Positions 1-10,676 of a stretch of 38,688 nt of DNA are shown here, one piece after another; within the stretch, counting starts at the first letter, position 1, and each line of letters begins with the position of its first letter. Both the position numbers and the translations under genes were made by a program. Under the pieces are notes generated by a model, which saw only the letters and a program-made list of their open reading frames with translations, was not told where the DNA came from and made no database searches. Location: assembly GCA_045862955.1 (NCBI GenBank), contig BTVI01000032.1, positions 1-38,688 of the forward strand, read 5' to 3'. This stretch comes from Fimbriimonadales bacterium (GTDB taxonomy: Bacteria; Armatimonadota; Fimbriimonadia; Fimbriimonadales; JABRVX01).

Positions 1-2064
1 CTAGGAGAGCAGTGGCTCCAGGTACATCTGAGCAGTACTTGCGATGCGCTGGAACCACGCGCCGTCAGGGGAGAGAAGTGGTAGCCACCAGGCCGACGGC
101 CGGTGGTTGGTGTGTGTGAGACCGTGGACGGTGAGAAGCGCCTCTCGAACCATCCGCATTCGAGCTAGGTCTGCCTCGCGCTCGATGGCGCGCCTAGCCT
201 CCCGAACCGCACGCGACTCCTCAGAACCGAATGCTGCCCGGCGGCGGGCACGAGCGTCGGCAATCGCGGCTCTTGCCTCGCGGATGCGGGACCGCAGCAG
301 TGTCAGCCGAACATCGAACTCCGCCGCTCGGCGCTCTTCCTCGGCCCGTATGTCGGCCTCTACCCGTTCTCCCTCGGCGAGCCGGTAGAGTAGTGGTCTC
401 AATCGAGCCCGGAAGTCCTCGCCCTTCTGCCGCTCTAGCTCGGCATACTCGCGCTTGGCGGCCCGCAGTTCGGCGAAGAGCGCCGCGATCTGTTCGCGCG
501 ATGCAGAGTCTTCTTCTTCCAGCATCCGAACCTGAGAGAGCAGGCGCTCGTAGTCCTGCTGCAGCACGTCCCATCGCCCGCGGCACCGCCGCTGTAGAAG
601 GGCCATCAGGTCTCGCGGCCTGTGGATGGCAGCTAACTCCTTCAACAAGGCTCGCTGCTCCTCGACCACGGCACGCCATCGCTGCGCAAAAGATGGCCCC
701 CGGATCTCGTCCTGCCCGAAGGCGTTTGCGAGGTGCTCTGGTAGGCGGATCCAAGTCTGCGTCGCGCTAAGGGACGACCAGGTCTCGTAGCGAATGCGGA
801 GTATCGGGTGCTGCTCCACGTGAATGCCTGCGGCTCGCAGCAGATCGTTCATTCGCCTAGTACGTGACACGTACATCGAGCCCTCCTCGTGAAATACGAA
901 GAGGAACTCGGCCGACAGCATCGCAACTAGGGTGACGGCTTTGCCTACCACCGGCACCGGTCCGCCGAACGCTTCACAGAGCCACGTCGCGAGGTCACCT
1001 GCCGAGTGGATCGGTGCGCGCAGGCTGAAGAACATCGGCCGCGGCGTCATGATCACGGCGTACTTGTCGGTAAGCCGCAGAGTCCCGCGGCCGCGTCCAG
1101 GGATGATGACGTCGAATGGCAAGGCTCCCGGCCCGAAGCGCTCCAGACCGTACATCGCGGCACCCTCGAGCGCTTCGTTGTACGCCTTCTCGCAGACGGG
1201 ACGCGTCTCGGGTTGTAGGAACAGGTCCAGCAGCCGGAAGCGAGGAAGTTTGGCGGTCTCGGAGTCCAGACGGAGAAGGTCTGAGGTTGCGACCATCTCC
1301 ACGTGCTCGGGCCGGTAGCTCAGGAGCTGAGCGTACATGCGATGCAGGCACGACGCGTACAGGTCTCGAAGTGTCGAGTCGGGGTTCTCTGCGCAGAACT
1401 CGTGCACGCAGCCTATCAAGTCTTCGGCGAACCCTTGAGCCTCTGCGGATTGCTCCGGGCATGGCAGGCAGGCGAGCGTGTTCTCGACACCCCACCGCAG
1501 CAGCGACTCGACGGCGTTGCCGATCTCGCGAAGAGGAATCTCGCCGGCCACGCGATGGTCATCTCCCACTTTGGCAAGGCCGCGCCATCCCCAGGCCTCC
1601 GTTTTCTGCTCTAACAAAGCTTCGCGCCCGCCCGGATAGCCGCGAGCGATGCGGTCGAAGGCTACTCCGTGCTCTAGATAGAGGTCGCGCGATACCACCG
1701 TCTCGCAGCCGAAAAGCTGCGATATCTCTCCCGCAGCCGTCCATAGGTCCCTCGTCGAGCCGTCGTTTTTCGGGAGGAGGCGGTAGCCGTCACCCGGTCC
1801 ACCATGTCCGGGCAGCTTCGAGAAGTAGTCGGTGTCGTGCACGCCGAGCAGCATCTCGGTAGGCATGCCGTGGTCGTCCAGCGCGCGACGAAGGACTGCC
1901 TTCAGTGGTTCGTCCCAAAACACCGTCTGCCCAAGAGTGAGCAGCTTTGCCTTCGGGAACGCAGCGGCAATGTGGGCAAGCGTCTCGCACACGCTCGGCG
2001 TATATTCGAGCGGTTCGACTGCGGCCGACGGATTGCTGGACGACGCTGGATCGGGGGAACTCAT
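1..2064 (-). CDS. Conserved hypothetical protein with long C-terminal coiled coil; possibly distant BshC-like ligase
   Basis: 687-aa ORF with natural composition; E/R/A-rich helical stretch in the C-terminal third; TAGACT -10 just upstream of ATG. Confidence 0.75.
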   Translation of the reverse strand: MSSPDPASSSNPSAAVEPLEYTPSVCETLAHIAAAFPKAKLLTLGQTVFWDEPLKAVLRRALDDHGMPTEMLLGVHDTDYFSKLPGHGGPGDGYRLLPKNDGSTRDLWTAAGEISQLFGCETVVSRDLYLEHGVAFDRIARGYPGGREALLEQKTEAWGWRGLAKVGDDHRVAGEIPLREIGNAVESLLRWGVENTLACLPCPEQSAEAQGFAEDLIGCVHEFCAENPDSTLRDLYASCLHRMYAQLLSYRPEHVEMVATSDLLRLDSETAKLPRFRLLDLFLQPETRPVCEKAYNEALEGAAMYGLERFGPGALPFDVIIPGRGRGTLRLTDKYAVIMTPRPMFFSLRAPIHSAGDLATWLCEAFGGPVPVVGKAVTLVAMLSAEFLFVFHEEGSMYVSRTRRMNDLLRAAGIHVEQHPILRIRYETWSSLSATQTWIRLPEHLANAFGQDEIRGPSFAQRWRAVVEEQRALLKELAAIHRPRDLMALLQRRCRGRWDVLQQDYERLLSQVRMLEEEDSASREQIAALFAELRAAKREYAELERQKGEDFRARLRPLLYRLAEGERVEADIRAEEERRAAEFDVRLTLLRSRIREARAAIADARARRRAAFGSEESRAVREARRAIEREADLARMRMVREALLTVHGLTHTNHRPSAWWLPLLSPDGAWFQRIASTAQMYLEPLLS

Positions 2065-2155
2065 TCCTCAGTCTACTACGAGGCCATACGGCGTGCGTTC
2101 GCACACACAGCCAACAGCCCGTGCTACCGAGGATGATACCCGTCGCCCGAAGAGG

Positions 2156-2770
2156 CTAAGCAGCAGCCTGTCTGAGCCTTAGCAGGAACCGCCGAAGGGT
2201 GCCGGCAGATTCGCCGATCAGGTCTACGAACTCCAGAGCAAAGAGGCCTGGCTCCGGAGCGCGTGTGCAGACCGTAAGCGCGCGGATAGATGGCTCGCCC
2301 GCCATGGGGACCGTGAGGTGGTAAAGACAACCCACCGTGGGGGCTAGGTCCGCAGTTACACAAGCTCCGTGTAGAGAGATGTCTACGATGCGCGCGTCTC
2401 TGCTACCGACTTCCATCCCGCCTTCGAGTCCCGCGACGAACGACAGCGAGCAGGGTGCGTCGGCAGCAGGGAGCCGCTCCGACCGCCGCCTCTCCAGGTT
2501 CTCCTGCCCGAGAACCTTCACTTCGCACACCACGGCATCACCGCGCACTACCCACTCGGCCACTTCGCACTGCAGCTTATGGTGCATTCCTTCCAGCCGA
2601 TACAGGACCGAAACGGGGGCGCCCCGCCTCAACGGAGGCGTGACTCCGACCATGCGGAGGCTCAGGGGTTCTGTACGCGCTACACTGCCCGGGAACACCT
2701 GTCCCGGAGCGGCATCGTGAGCCAGCAACAGAACGTCTTGACCCTGGCGCGGGTAGCCGGTGTGAAGCAT
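2156..2770 (-). CDS. PilZ-domain (c-di-GMP-binding) protein
   Basis: RxxxR (RRRSER) and DxSxxG (DISLHG) motifs; GGAGG RBS upstream. Confidence 0.8.
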   Translation of the reverse strand: MLHTGYPRQGQDVLLLAHDAAPGQVFPGSVARTEPLSLRMVGVTPPLRRGAPVSVLYRLEGMHHKLQCEVAEWVVRGDAVVCEVKVLGQENLERRRSERLPAADAPCSLSFVAGLEGGMEVGSRDARIVDISLHGACVTADLAPTVGCLYHLTVPMAGEPSIRALTVCTRAPEPGLFALEFVDLIGESAGTLRRFLLRLRQAAA

Positions 2771-2843
2771 GGCAGTCCTCCCGAAGTGGGCCAGTGGCCC
2801 TCGTCAAGATTCTCGGATGCAGCGGGAGGCTTCCCTAGCTTCT

Positions 2844-4001
2844 TCAGCCTGCCACGACCCTCAGCGGAGCCCGCGTAGCGGGGGGCTCGATTGCCTGGAA
2901 ATCGAGAGGGATCTCGCGGTATAGGCTATCCCGCTCGACCGGGGTCCTCCCGGCTTCCCGAATGATGTCCACCATGCGCCGAACGGTCAGAGCCTGCTGC
3001 TTCTCGCCGGGGGCATCGTCCGAGTAGGTGATCTCGTACTCATGGACCGTACCGTCCAGGTCGTCGGCACCGTACCACTGCGCGACCTGGGACACCGAGG
3101 GCGTGTTCATGATCCAGAACGACTTGATGTGCGCGAAGTTGTCCAGCATCAGCCGGGAGACGGCGATATTGCGAAGGTCCTGCTCACCCGTGGTGTGGGG
3201 CAGGTGCGCTAGCTCCGTGCCCTCCGGGTGGAAGGCGAGAGGGGTAATGGCGAGGAAATGGCCCGTTTCGTCCTGCAGATCTCTCAGCTGCAGCAGGTGG
3301 TCCACCAGTTCCTCATCCGTTTCGATGTGGCCGTAGAGCATGGTAGCGTACTGCGGAAGCCCTGCTCGTGAGGCCGCTCGCGCCACCTCCTTCCACTCTT
3401 CGCCGTTCAGCTTGCGGTGGAAGAGCTCGCGGTGGACCCGCTCGCTCAACACCTCGATGCCGCCGCCGGGCAGGCTATCCAGACCGGCTTCCTTCAGGTC
3501 GGCCAGGGCCTCGTCTATGCTCTTCTTGCCCACGCGGGCAATCTCCACGATCTCCACCGCGGTGAAGGCCTTGACGTGAACGCCCGGTCGGGCTTCCTTA
3601 ACGGCCCGCAGCAGGTCCAGGTAATAGTGGTAGGGCAACTTCGGATTCACGCCCCCCACCATGTGCACCTCGGTGATGGGCACGTGCTCGTAGCGCCTCA
3701 GCCGCTCGCACACCTGCTCCGGGCTCAGGGTGTAGGGGTCCGGGCCGCCCTTCTTGGCATAGAAGGAGCAGAACTTGCAGAACTTGTTGCAGACGTTGGT
3801 GTAGTTGACGTGGTGGTTGCGGATGAAGTAGGTCCTGTCGCCGTGCATTCGTTCGCGGACCGCGTTGGCCAAGATGCCGGCACCGGTTAGGTCCTTCGTG
3901 CGGTACAAGACGAGCCCGTCACCCGGGCCGAGACGCTCTCCCGAGTGCACCTTCTCCGCGATCGGTCTGAGCTCGGGCGCGACCAACCGTTCGATCTCCA
4001 T
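2844..4001 (-). CDS. mqnE: Aminofutalosine synthase MqnE (radical SAM, CofH/MqnC/MqnE family)
   Basis: CxxxCxxC (CNKFCKFC), ATMLYGHIET, HIKSFWIM, GADDLDGTV and PVERDSLY motifs; start placed at ATG 4001 (alternative 4007). Confidence 0.85.
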   Translation of the reverse strand: MEIERLVAPELRPIAEKVHSGERLGPGDGLVLYRTKDLTGAGILANAVRERMHGDRTYFIRNHHVNYTNVCNKFCKFCSFYAKKGGPDPYTLSPEQVCERLRRYEHVPITEVHMVGGVNPKLPYHYYLDLLRAVKEARPGVHVKAFTAVEIVEIARVGKKSIDEALADLKEAGLDSLPGGGIEVLSERVHRELFHRKLNGEEWKEVARAASRAGLPQYATMLYGHIETDEELVDHLLQLRDLQDETGHFLAITPLAFHPEGTELAHLPHTTGEQDLRNIAVSRLMLDNFAHIKSFWIMNTPSVSQVAQWYGADDLDGTVHEYEITYSDDAPGEKQQALTVRRMVDIIREAGRTPVERDSLYREIPLDFQAIEPPATRAPLRVVAG

Positions 4002-4122
4002 TCCCATTCCCCCGGCGGCAGAGTGTACCACCCGCCTCGCACGGCGACGACCCGGGACAAGGGATGCACCTCCGCCGTTGGGCCTCACCTCGCTGGACAG
4101 TCTATCGCGGTGACTGCGTATT

Positions 4123-5400
4123 CCATGCCCCGGCCCGCGCCCGCCGACTGGCAGCTACCGACCGCATGCCTCGAACCTGAGGACCGCGCCGGGGCAATCC
4201 GAGGCTCACGACTTTCGGCTGCTAGGCTCGGCGGTGTACGCTAGGGCGGCGCAGTGCGCGGGACGCGGCCCGGGGCATCGGGTGCTAGTCTCTCCCTCCC
4301 TCTCCCCCGTTCGCGGGGGAGAGGGTTGGGGTGAGGGGGTCATCACCAGCCCCTGGCTTTCGGTGCCTCGACGCTTCGGCTGCTCGGGGGGCGCTGGGCG
4401 AGAGCTTGGTGTCAGACGGCAGCCGAAACGTCTAGGCATGGAAAAGGATGGGTAAGGGGGGGGGGGGAAGCCGTCATGCTCGAAATCGTCATGCTGAGCT
4501 TGTCGAAGCATGACGCCATGAGCCGCGTGTGTCCTTTCCTCACCACACGCAAAGGATGGGTTAGAGGGACACCGTCATGCTGAGCTTGTCGAAGCATGAC
4601 GCCACGAGCCGCGCGTGTCCTTTCCTCCCCACACGCGGAGGATGGGTTAGCGGGAAACCGTCATGCTGAGCTTGTCGAAGCATGACGGGCGACAGAGGAA
4701 AGCGTCCCTGCTGAACCGTAGGGCTGGCGGCAGGCGGGGTCATGCTTCGACAAGCTCAGCATGACGGGTAGCGGTGTGCGGGGTAGGGGCCTGGCGGGCA
4801 GCCGGTGTGGCGGGTAGGGGTGCGGCGGGAAAGGCTAGACGGGTAGGGGTGTCAGGTGTTGGCATTCCGAGGTGTCGAGCCCGAACGATGTCATCGGAAG
4901 CCTTCCACCGGTCGCAACCAATACCGTCCTGCTGTGCTCCGTCATGCTGAGCTTGTCGAAGCATGACCTCGCCGCGCGCATTCCATGCCCCGGCCCGCGC
5001 CCGCCGCCCTGCAGCCACGAACCCCAAGCCCGCGCCGGGGCATCAATCGGGAAACCCGTGTCGGTGCGCCCTCGCCATAGGCATGATGGCGGCCTCCGAT
5101 GCAACGCTTGCGGCTTGTGGTTGCATGCTTCGACAGGCTCAGCATGACGGGCATGGGTGTGGCGGGTACTCCGTGCCCCGGCGCGGTCCTTGGGTTGGCG
5201 GTGTGCGGTGGGTTGGAGGAATGCGTCGGACGCGCGCCGGAGCGTGGAACACACCGCCGGCCCGGCGACAGCACGGCCCTCCCGCCGGAGAGCAGGGCGG
5301 GTGGCACACAGGAGATTGAGCGCCCCGGCGCGGTCCTTGGGTTGGCGGTGTGCGGCGGGTTGGAAGAATGCGGCGGACGCGGGCCGGGGCATGGAACACC
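4123..5400. repeat. Mosaic REP/MITE-like repeat array 1
   Basis: 27-bp palindrome GTCATGCTGAGCYTGTCGAAGCATGAC at 4488, 4574, 4660, 4739(rc), 4941, ~5122(rc), plus CCCTCTCCCCCG-TTCG-CGGGGGAGAGGG hairpin and TGCCCCGGC...GCCGGGGCA elements. Confidence 0.9.
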
Positions 5401-5499
5401 TCGTCGGGACGGCGGCGACTCCGCCAGGTGGATGCAGGGGAACCGGCTTGTGACCTCCTGGCAGTGGCAGGCCGGTGTCGGCTAGAATCCGCCTGACCG

Positions 5500-7302
5500 A
5501 TGGCGACCGACCAGTCGAAGATCCGCAACTTCTGCATCATCGCTCACATCGACCACGGCAAGTCCACTCTCGCTGACCGAATCCTCGAGAAGACAGGCGT
5601 GGTGCGCGGCGAGGCGCAGGAGCAGATGCTGGACCAGATGGACCTCGAGCGCGAACGCGGCATCACCATCAAGATGACTGCGGTCTCATTGCCATACACC
5701 GCTAAGGACGGCGAGACCTACAACTTCAACCTAATTGACACCCCCGGCCACGTGGACTTCACCTATGAAGTGAGCCGCAGCCTTGCCGCCTGCGAAGGCG
5801 CCCTACTGGTGGTGGACGCAACGCAGGGCGTCGAAGCGCAGACCATCGCCAACGCCTCCATGGCGATGTCCAACAACCTCGAGATCATTCCCGTCATCAA
5901 CAAGATCGATCTGCCGGTAGCCGACGTAGAGCGCACCAAGGAGGAGATCGAGCACGCCCTGGCGATTGACGCCTCAGACGCCATTCTAATCAGCGCGAAG
6001 ACTGGCGAGGGAGTGGACGACGTGCTCGAGGCCGTCGTGCACCGCATCCCGCCGCCGTACGGCCATCCGGACAAGCCTCTTCGCGCACTCATCTTCGATA
6101 GCCACTTCGACAGCTATCAGGGAGCCGTCGCGTACATCCGCGTGGTGGATGGGGCGATCCGGCGCAACCAGAAGATCAAGATGATGGCGACGCGCTCCGT
6201 GTACGAAGTCCACCAAGTCGGCGTGTTCCGCCCGAAGATGGAGCTCACTCAGGAGCTGACGACGGGACAAGTAGGGTTTCTAACCGCCGCGATGAAGGAG
6301 ATCGGTGAGGCGAACGTCGGCGATACCGTGACCGACGCCCAGCACCCCGCCTCGGAGGCGCTGCCCGGGTACCGCAGGGCGCAACCGATGGTGTTCTGTG
6401 GCCTCTACCCAACGGACGGCGAGAGCTACGAAGACCTGCGCGACGCTATCGAGAAGTTGCACCTGAACGACGCTTCGATCCACTACGAACCAGAGACATC
6501 GGAGGCACTCGGGTTCGGATTCCGATGTGGCTTCCTCGGCTTGCTCCACATGGACATCGCGCGAGAGCGGTTGGAGCGCGAGTTCGGATTGGACCTCATC
6601 CTAACCTCGCCCACCGTGAATTACCGCGTTCACATGACTAACGGCGAGTGGCGGGAGATATCCAACCCTGCCGAAATGCCGGAAGCGCACTACATCGAGC
6701 GAATCGAGGAACCGGTGGTGGAGGCGACGATCATCGTGCCGAGCGACTTCGTCGGCGCGGTGATGAAGCTGGCGCAGGAGCGAAGAGGCGCCTTCATCAA
6801 GATGGAGTATCCGAGCCACAACCGCACCCTGCTCCACTACAAGCTGCCCCTGGCCGAAATCCTGATGGACTTCTTCGACGCACTGAAGAGCCGGACCAAG
6901 GGCTATGCGAGCCTGGACTACGAGTTCGCAGGATACGAGACCAGCAAGATGGTCAAGGTGAACATCCTGCTCAACCAGGAGCCGGTGGACGCGCTATCGT
7001 TCATCACGCACGCCGACAAGGCGTACACGAGAGCACGGGCGATGGTGGACCGCTTGAGGAAGGTGGTCCCGAGGCAGCAGTTCGAGGTGCGCATCCAAGC
7101 GGCCATCGGAGCGAAGGTGATCGCTGCGGAATCCGTCAAGCCCTTCCGAAAACACGTCACGGCAAAGTGCTACGGCGGGGACATCACCCGCAAGCGAAAG
7201 CTGCTGGAGAAGCAGAAGGAAGGCAAGAAGCGGATGAAGAGCATCGGGGCCGTCGAGGTACCCCAAGAAGCCTTCCTTAGCGTGCTTCAGCTCGACGAGT
7301 AG
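5500..7302 (+). CDS. lepA: Elongation factor 4 (LepA)
   Basis: [18 protein letters not shown] and [25 protein letters not shown] motifs. Confidence 0.98.
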   Translation: MATDQSKIRNFCIIAHIDHGKSTLADRILEKTGVVRGEAQEQMLDQMDLERERGITIKMTAVSLPYTAKDGETYNFNLIDTPGHVDFTYEVSRSLAACEGALLVVDATQGVEAQTIANASMAMSNNLEIIPVINKIDLPVADVERTKEEIEHALAIDASDAILISAKTGEGVDDVLEAVVHRIPPPYGHPDKPLRALIFDSHFDSYQGAVAYIRVVDGAIRRNQKIKMMATRSVYEVHQVGVFRPKMELTQELTTGQVGFLTAAMKEIGEANVGDTVTDAQHPASEALPGYRRAQPMVFCGLYPTDGESYEDLRDAIEKLHLNDASIHYEPETSEALGFGFRCGFLGLLHMDIARERLEREFGLDLILTSPTVNYRVHMTNGEWREISNPAEMPEAHYIERIEEPVVEATIIVPSDFVGAVMKLAQERRGAFIKMEYPSHNRTLLHYKLPLAEILMDFFDALKSRTKGYASLDYEFAGYETSKMVKVNILLNQEPVDALSFITHADKAYTRARAMVDRLRKVVPRQQFEVRIQAAIGAKVIAAESVKPFRKHVTAKCYGGDITRKRKLLEKQKEGKKRMKSIGAVEVPQEAFLSVLQLDE

Positions 7303-7635
7303 CTACTTCTTGTCCGGTACGCCCGGGTTTCGACCCGCCTTGATCTCGTCGAGGTTGGACAAGCCGTCTTTGTCCGAATCCAGCTTGTCCAGGGACTTCA
7401 GAATCTCGGCGGTCAAAGACTTGGCCTTGGCCTTCTTGATGGCGTCGGCTTGGGCCTGACCATAGGGGTTCAGCTTATTGGTCTTGGCTACGTGGCACGT
7501 CTCGCACTTCAGCTTGGCGAGCTCGCCAGTCGGGTTGTACGTGTCCTGAAACAGCTTGACGTACCCGATGCGGGCCAGCGCGGCAGCTGCCATACAGCAG
7601 GTGAGCAGGACGAAGGCGTTCCGAACGATACTCAT
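7303..7635 (-). CDS. Small secreted monoheme c-type cytochrome with DxDxDG Ca-binding (thrombospondin type 3/temptin-like) tail
   Basis: Signal peptide ending AALA; CETCH heme motif; NPYG; DSDKDGLSNLDEI. Confidence 0.75.
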   Translation of the reverse strand: MSIVRNAFVLLTCCMAAAALARIGYVKLFQDTYNPTGELAKLKCETCHVAKTNKLNPYGQAQADAIKKAKAKSLTAEILKSLDKLDSDKDGLSNLDEIKAGRNPGVPDKK

Positions 7636-7789
7636 ATAGTTTTCCCCCCGATAAGACGCTGTCCAGGTCGAAGCCTCGGCCTGGACGCCTACTCTATCTA
7701 TACCTCGTTCTCGTCGTTCAGGGTGCCTGGAACCGCTTCGTGGCATCCCGGAGACACCTCTACTTCGCCGTTTGGCGGGTCCCGCGTAG

Positions 7790-9320
7790 TGCTCTCCTCT
7801 CGGCCACCCGCGGCCTGCGGTGCCGCCGGGGGACGTGAATTCGCCATCCCGGCGATCTCAGTTCTCGGCCGAGGACGCCGGAATGTTCCATGCCCCGGCT
7901 CGCGCCCGCCGCATTCCTCCAAGCCACCGCACACCGCCAACCCACGGCCCGCGCCCGGGCATGGAATGCGCGCGGCGAGGTCATGCTTCGACAGGCTCAG
8001 CATGACGGTTGCCAGCGTGACGGTGTCCCACTAACCCATCCTTTGCGTGTGGTGAGGGAAGGGCACACACTGCTCGGGACGTCGTGCTTCGACAGGCTCA
8101 GCATGACGAAGCTCAGCAGGAGGGTATTTGTTGCGACCGGTGGAAGGCTTCCGATGACATCGTTCGGGCTCGACACCTCGCAACGCCAACACCTAACACC
8201 CCTACCCGTCTAGCCTTTCCCGTCACACCCCCTACCCACCACAACCTTACCCGTCATGCTGAGCCTGTCGAAGCATGCAAACGCAAGCCGCAAGCGTTGC
8301 ATCGGAGGCCGCCATCATGAGTTCCATGCCCCGGCCCGCGCCGGGGCAGTTGGACTCCTCTCGGCCACCCGCGGCCTGCAGTCCGGCGAGGCTGCTCGTG
8401 ATTTCGCCGTCCCGGCGATGCGTGCCATGCCCCTGCCCGTCATGCTGAGCCTGTCGAAGCATGCAACCGCAAGCCGCAAGCGTTGCATCGGAGGCCGCCA
8501 TCATGCGGACGGCGAGGGGATGGTGGCACCGACACGGGTGTCCCGACTCTCCCCCCGGCTCGGTCCTCGGGCTCGCTCGGTGCGGTTCGCGGGTGCAGGT
8601 CGGCGGACGCGGGCCGGGGAATGGAATGAAACGCCAACACCTAACACCCTACCCGTCACACTCCTACTCGTCATGCTGAGCCTGTCGAAGCATGCCCTTG
8701 CTGCTGCCAAGCGGCGGACGGGGGCCGGGGCATACAGAAACGTCTAGGCATGGAATCTCCCTCCCTCTCCCCCGTTCGCGGGGGAGAGGGTTGGGGTGAG
8801 GGGGCCACCACCAGTCGCTGGCCTTGGGTGCCTCGACGTTCGGCTGCTCGGGGCGTCTCTGGACGAGAGCTTGGCGCCAGACGGCAGCCGAAACGTCTAG
8901 GCATGGAAAACGTGCGGTCGGCGGTCTCATGCTTCGACAGGCTCAGCATGACGTCGCTAGTGACCCATCCTTTGCAAGTGGTGCGGGCATACAACATGCC
9001 CTTTGCCGCGTCATGCTGAACGTCTAGGCATGGAACTGCCTGAGGTGAGGGATGTGAGCATGCTCTTTGTCACGTCATGCTGAGCTTGTCGAAGCATGCA
9101 AACGTCTAGGCATGGACGCAGCCTGGCGGACGCGGGCCGGGGCATATGCAAGCGTCTGGGCATAGGATCGCGCCTCCCTCTCCCCCGTTCGCGGGGGAGA
9201 GGGTTGGGGTGAGGGGCCACCACCAGTCGCTGGCGTTGTGTGCCTCGACGTTCGGCTGCTCGGGGAGCCGCTGGGCGAGAGCTCGGCGCCAGACGGCAGC
9301 CGAAACGTCTAGGCATAGAA
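7790..9320. repeat. Mosaic REP/MITE-like repeat array 2
   Basis: About 7 full copies of the 27-bp palindrome (7980, 8081, 8253, 8439, 8670, ~8926, 9074), hairpin modules at 8763 and 9176, TGCCTCGACGTTCGGCTGC...GCAGCCGAAACGTCTAGGCA elements. Confidence 0.9.
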
Positions 9321-9425
9321 GGCGGGAACGCAGTGCGAGGCTGCGGGCGGGGCAAGTCGGGGACAGAGTAAGCGAGAGGGCGGAGCGGATACGTCCGCTC
9401 CGCCCTATGATCCAGCCAGATGGCT

Positions 9426-10499
9426 CTAGGCTTCCGCGGGGGCGGCCCCCTCATGGGCCGCCTGGGATTCGCTGCGGATATCTATCTTCCACCCCGTCAG
9501 CTTGGCCGCGAGCCGAACATTCTGTCCACCCTTGCCGATGGCTAGCGAAAGCTGAGTGTCCGGCACCACCACGAGTGCGCCCCGCTCCTCCGGGTCCTCG
9601 GACTCGCGAAGCGTCACTCGGTTGACCTTGGCCGGGCTGAGGGCCGCGGTGATGTAGGCGATCGGATCTTCCGACCAGGGGATGATGTCCACCTTCTCGC
9701 CGTACAGCTCGTCCACGATGGCGTTTACGCGGGCGCCGCGCTGTCCCACGCACGCACCGATAGGGTCGACTCGCGGGTCGGTGGTCGAGACCGCTATCTT
9801 GGAGCGCTGGCCCGCCTCGCGTGCGACCCCATGGATTTCTACGGTTCCTGCCTCGATCTCGGGCACTTCGAGTTCGAACAGCTTGCGCAACAGTCCGGGG
9901 TGCGTGCGAGAAACGGTCACCACCGCGCCACGCATGCCTTCGTCCACGCGGAGCACGTACACGCGAAGCCGATCGTTGAAGCGGTAGGGCTCCGTGGGCA
10001 CCTGCTCCTTGCGTGGCAGCACGGCCTCCGTGCGCCCCACCTGGATGAACACCAAGTCTCTCTCCCGCCGCTGCACGATGCCAGAGACGACCTCGCCCAC
10101 GCGGGATTCGAACTCATCGTATATCGTCTTGCGCTCTTGTTCGCGCAGCTTCTGCATCAGGATCTGCTTGGCGCTCTGCGCCGCGATCCGTCCGAACGTC
10201 TGGGGGTTGACGGGCACCCCGATGAAGTCGCCGATGACCGCTTGGGGGTTGATCTTGCGAGCCTGTTCCAGGCTCATCTGGAAGTAATGGTTGGTAACAA
10301 CACCCACCACTTCCTTCTCGCAGATGGCGGTCAGGGTTCCCTCGGCAGTGTTAATGCGGACGACTACGTCACCCGTTGCGCCTACGTGCTTCTTGTAGGC
10401 GGTGGCGAGCGCCGCTTCTGTCATCTCCTCGAGTTCCGCTATGTCCAGATTTCGCTCCGAGGCCAGTTGCCTCAGAGCTTCGAAGAACTCCCTATCCAT
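9426..10499 (-). CDS. nusA: Transcription termination factor NusA
   Basis: FGRIAAQSAKQ, AREAGQRSKIAV, GACVGQRG and LSLAIGKGGQNVRLAAKLTGWKIDI motifs; GGAG RBS before ATG 10499. Confidence 0.97.
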   Translation of the reverse strand: MDREFFEALRQLASERNLDIAELEEMTEAALATAYKKHVGATGDVVVRINTAEGTLTAICEKEVVGVVTNHYFQMSLEQARKINPQAVIGDFIGVPVNPQTFGRIAAQSAKQILMQKLREQERKTIYDEFESRVGEVVSGIVQRRERDLVFIQVGRTEAVLPRKEQVPTEPYRFNDRLRVYVLRVDEGMRGAVVTVSRTHPGLLRKLFELEVPEIEAGTVEIHGVAREAGQRSKIAVSTTDPRVDPIGACVGQRGARVNAIVDELYGEKVDIIPWSEDPIAYITAALSPAKVNRVTLRESEDPEERGALVVVPDTQLSLAIGKGGQNVRLAAKLTGWKIDIRSESQAAHEGAAPAEA

Positions 10500-10523
10500 C
10501 GTAAGCTCCGGCGAACGCGTCCG

Positions 10524-10558
10524 AAAAGACAAGAGGAGCCGGGGCGAACCGTCTCCTC
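10524..10558 (-). terminator. Terminator-like hairpin in nusA leader (putative attenuator)
   Basis: Minus strand GAGGAG-ACGGTTCGCCCCGG-CTCCTC followed by TTGTCTTTT, between a TATCCT -10 and the nusA RBS. Confidence 0.55.
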
Positions 10559-10676
10559 ATCGGTTTCGGTATGCAGTTCGCGCGATAGGATACTACAGCA
10601 AGTCACCGGGATGCAAGCCGCCAGACGCCCTAGACCACAGGATTCTCGCCGCTTCCGGGCTGCCGAGCCCCAGCAA

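Noticed and set aside
4456..4467. G12 homopolymer as a phase-variation tract
   Set aside because: Lies inside a repeat array, far from any start codon or evident promoter; could also be a sequencing artefact.
4488..4686. Three 27-bp palindromes at an 86-bp period resembling a CRISPR array
   Set aside because: The two 59-nt linkers are near-copies of each other and the repeat is dispersed in both orientations, so this is REP tandem duplication.
4206..9454. Many short ORFs containing MLRQAQHD, CFDKLSMT, VMLSLSKH or PHPNPLP
   Set aside because: These are translations of the REP modules in various frames; no RBS or coding signature.
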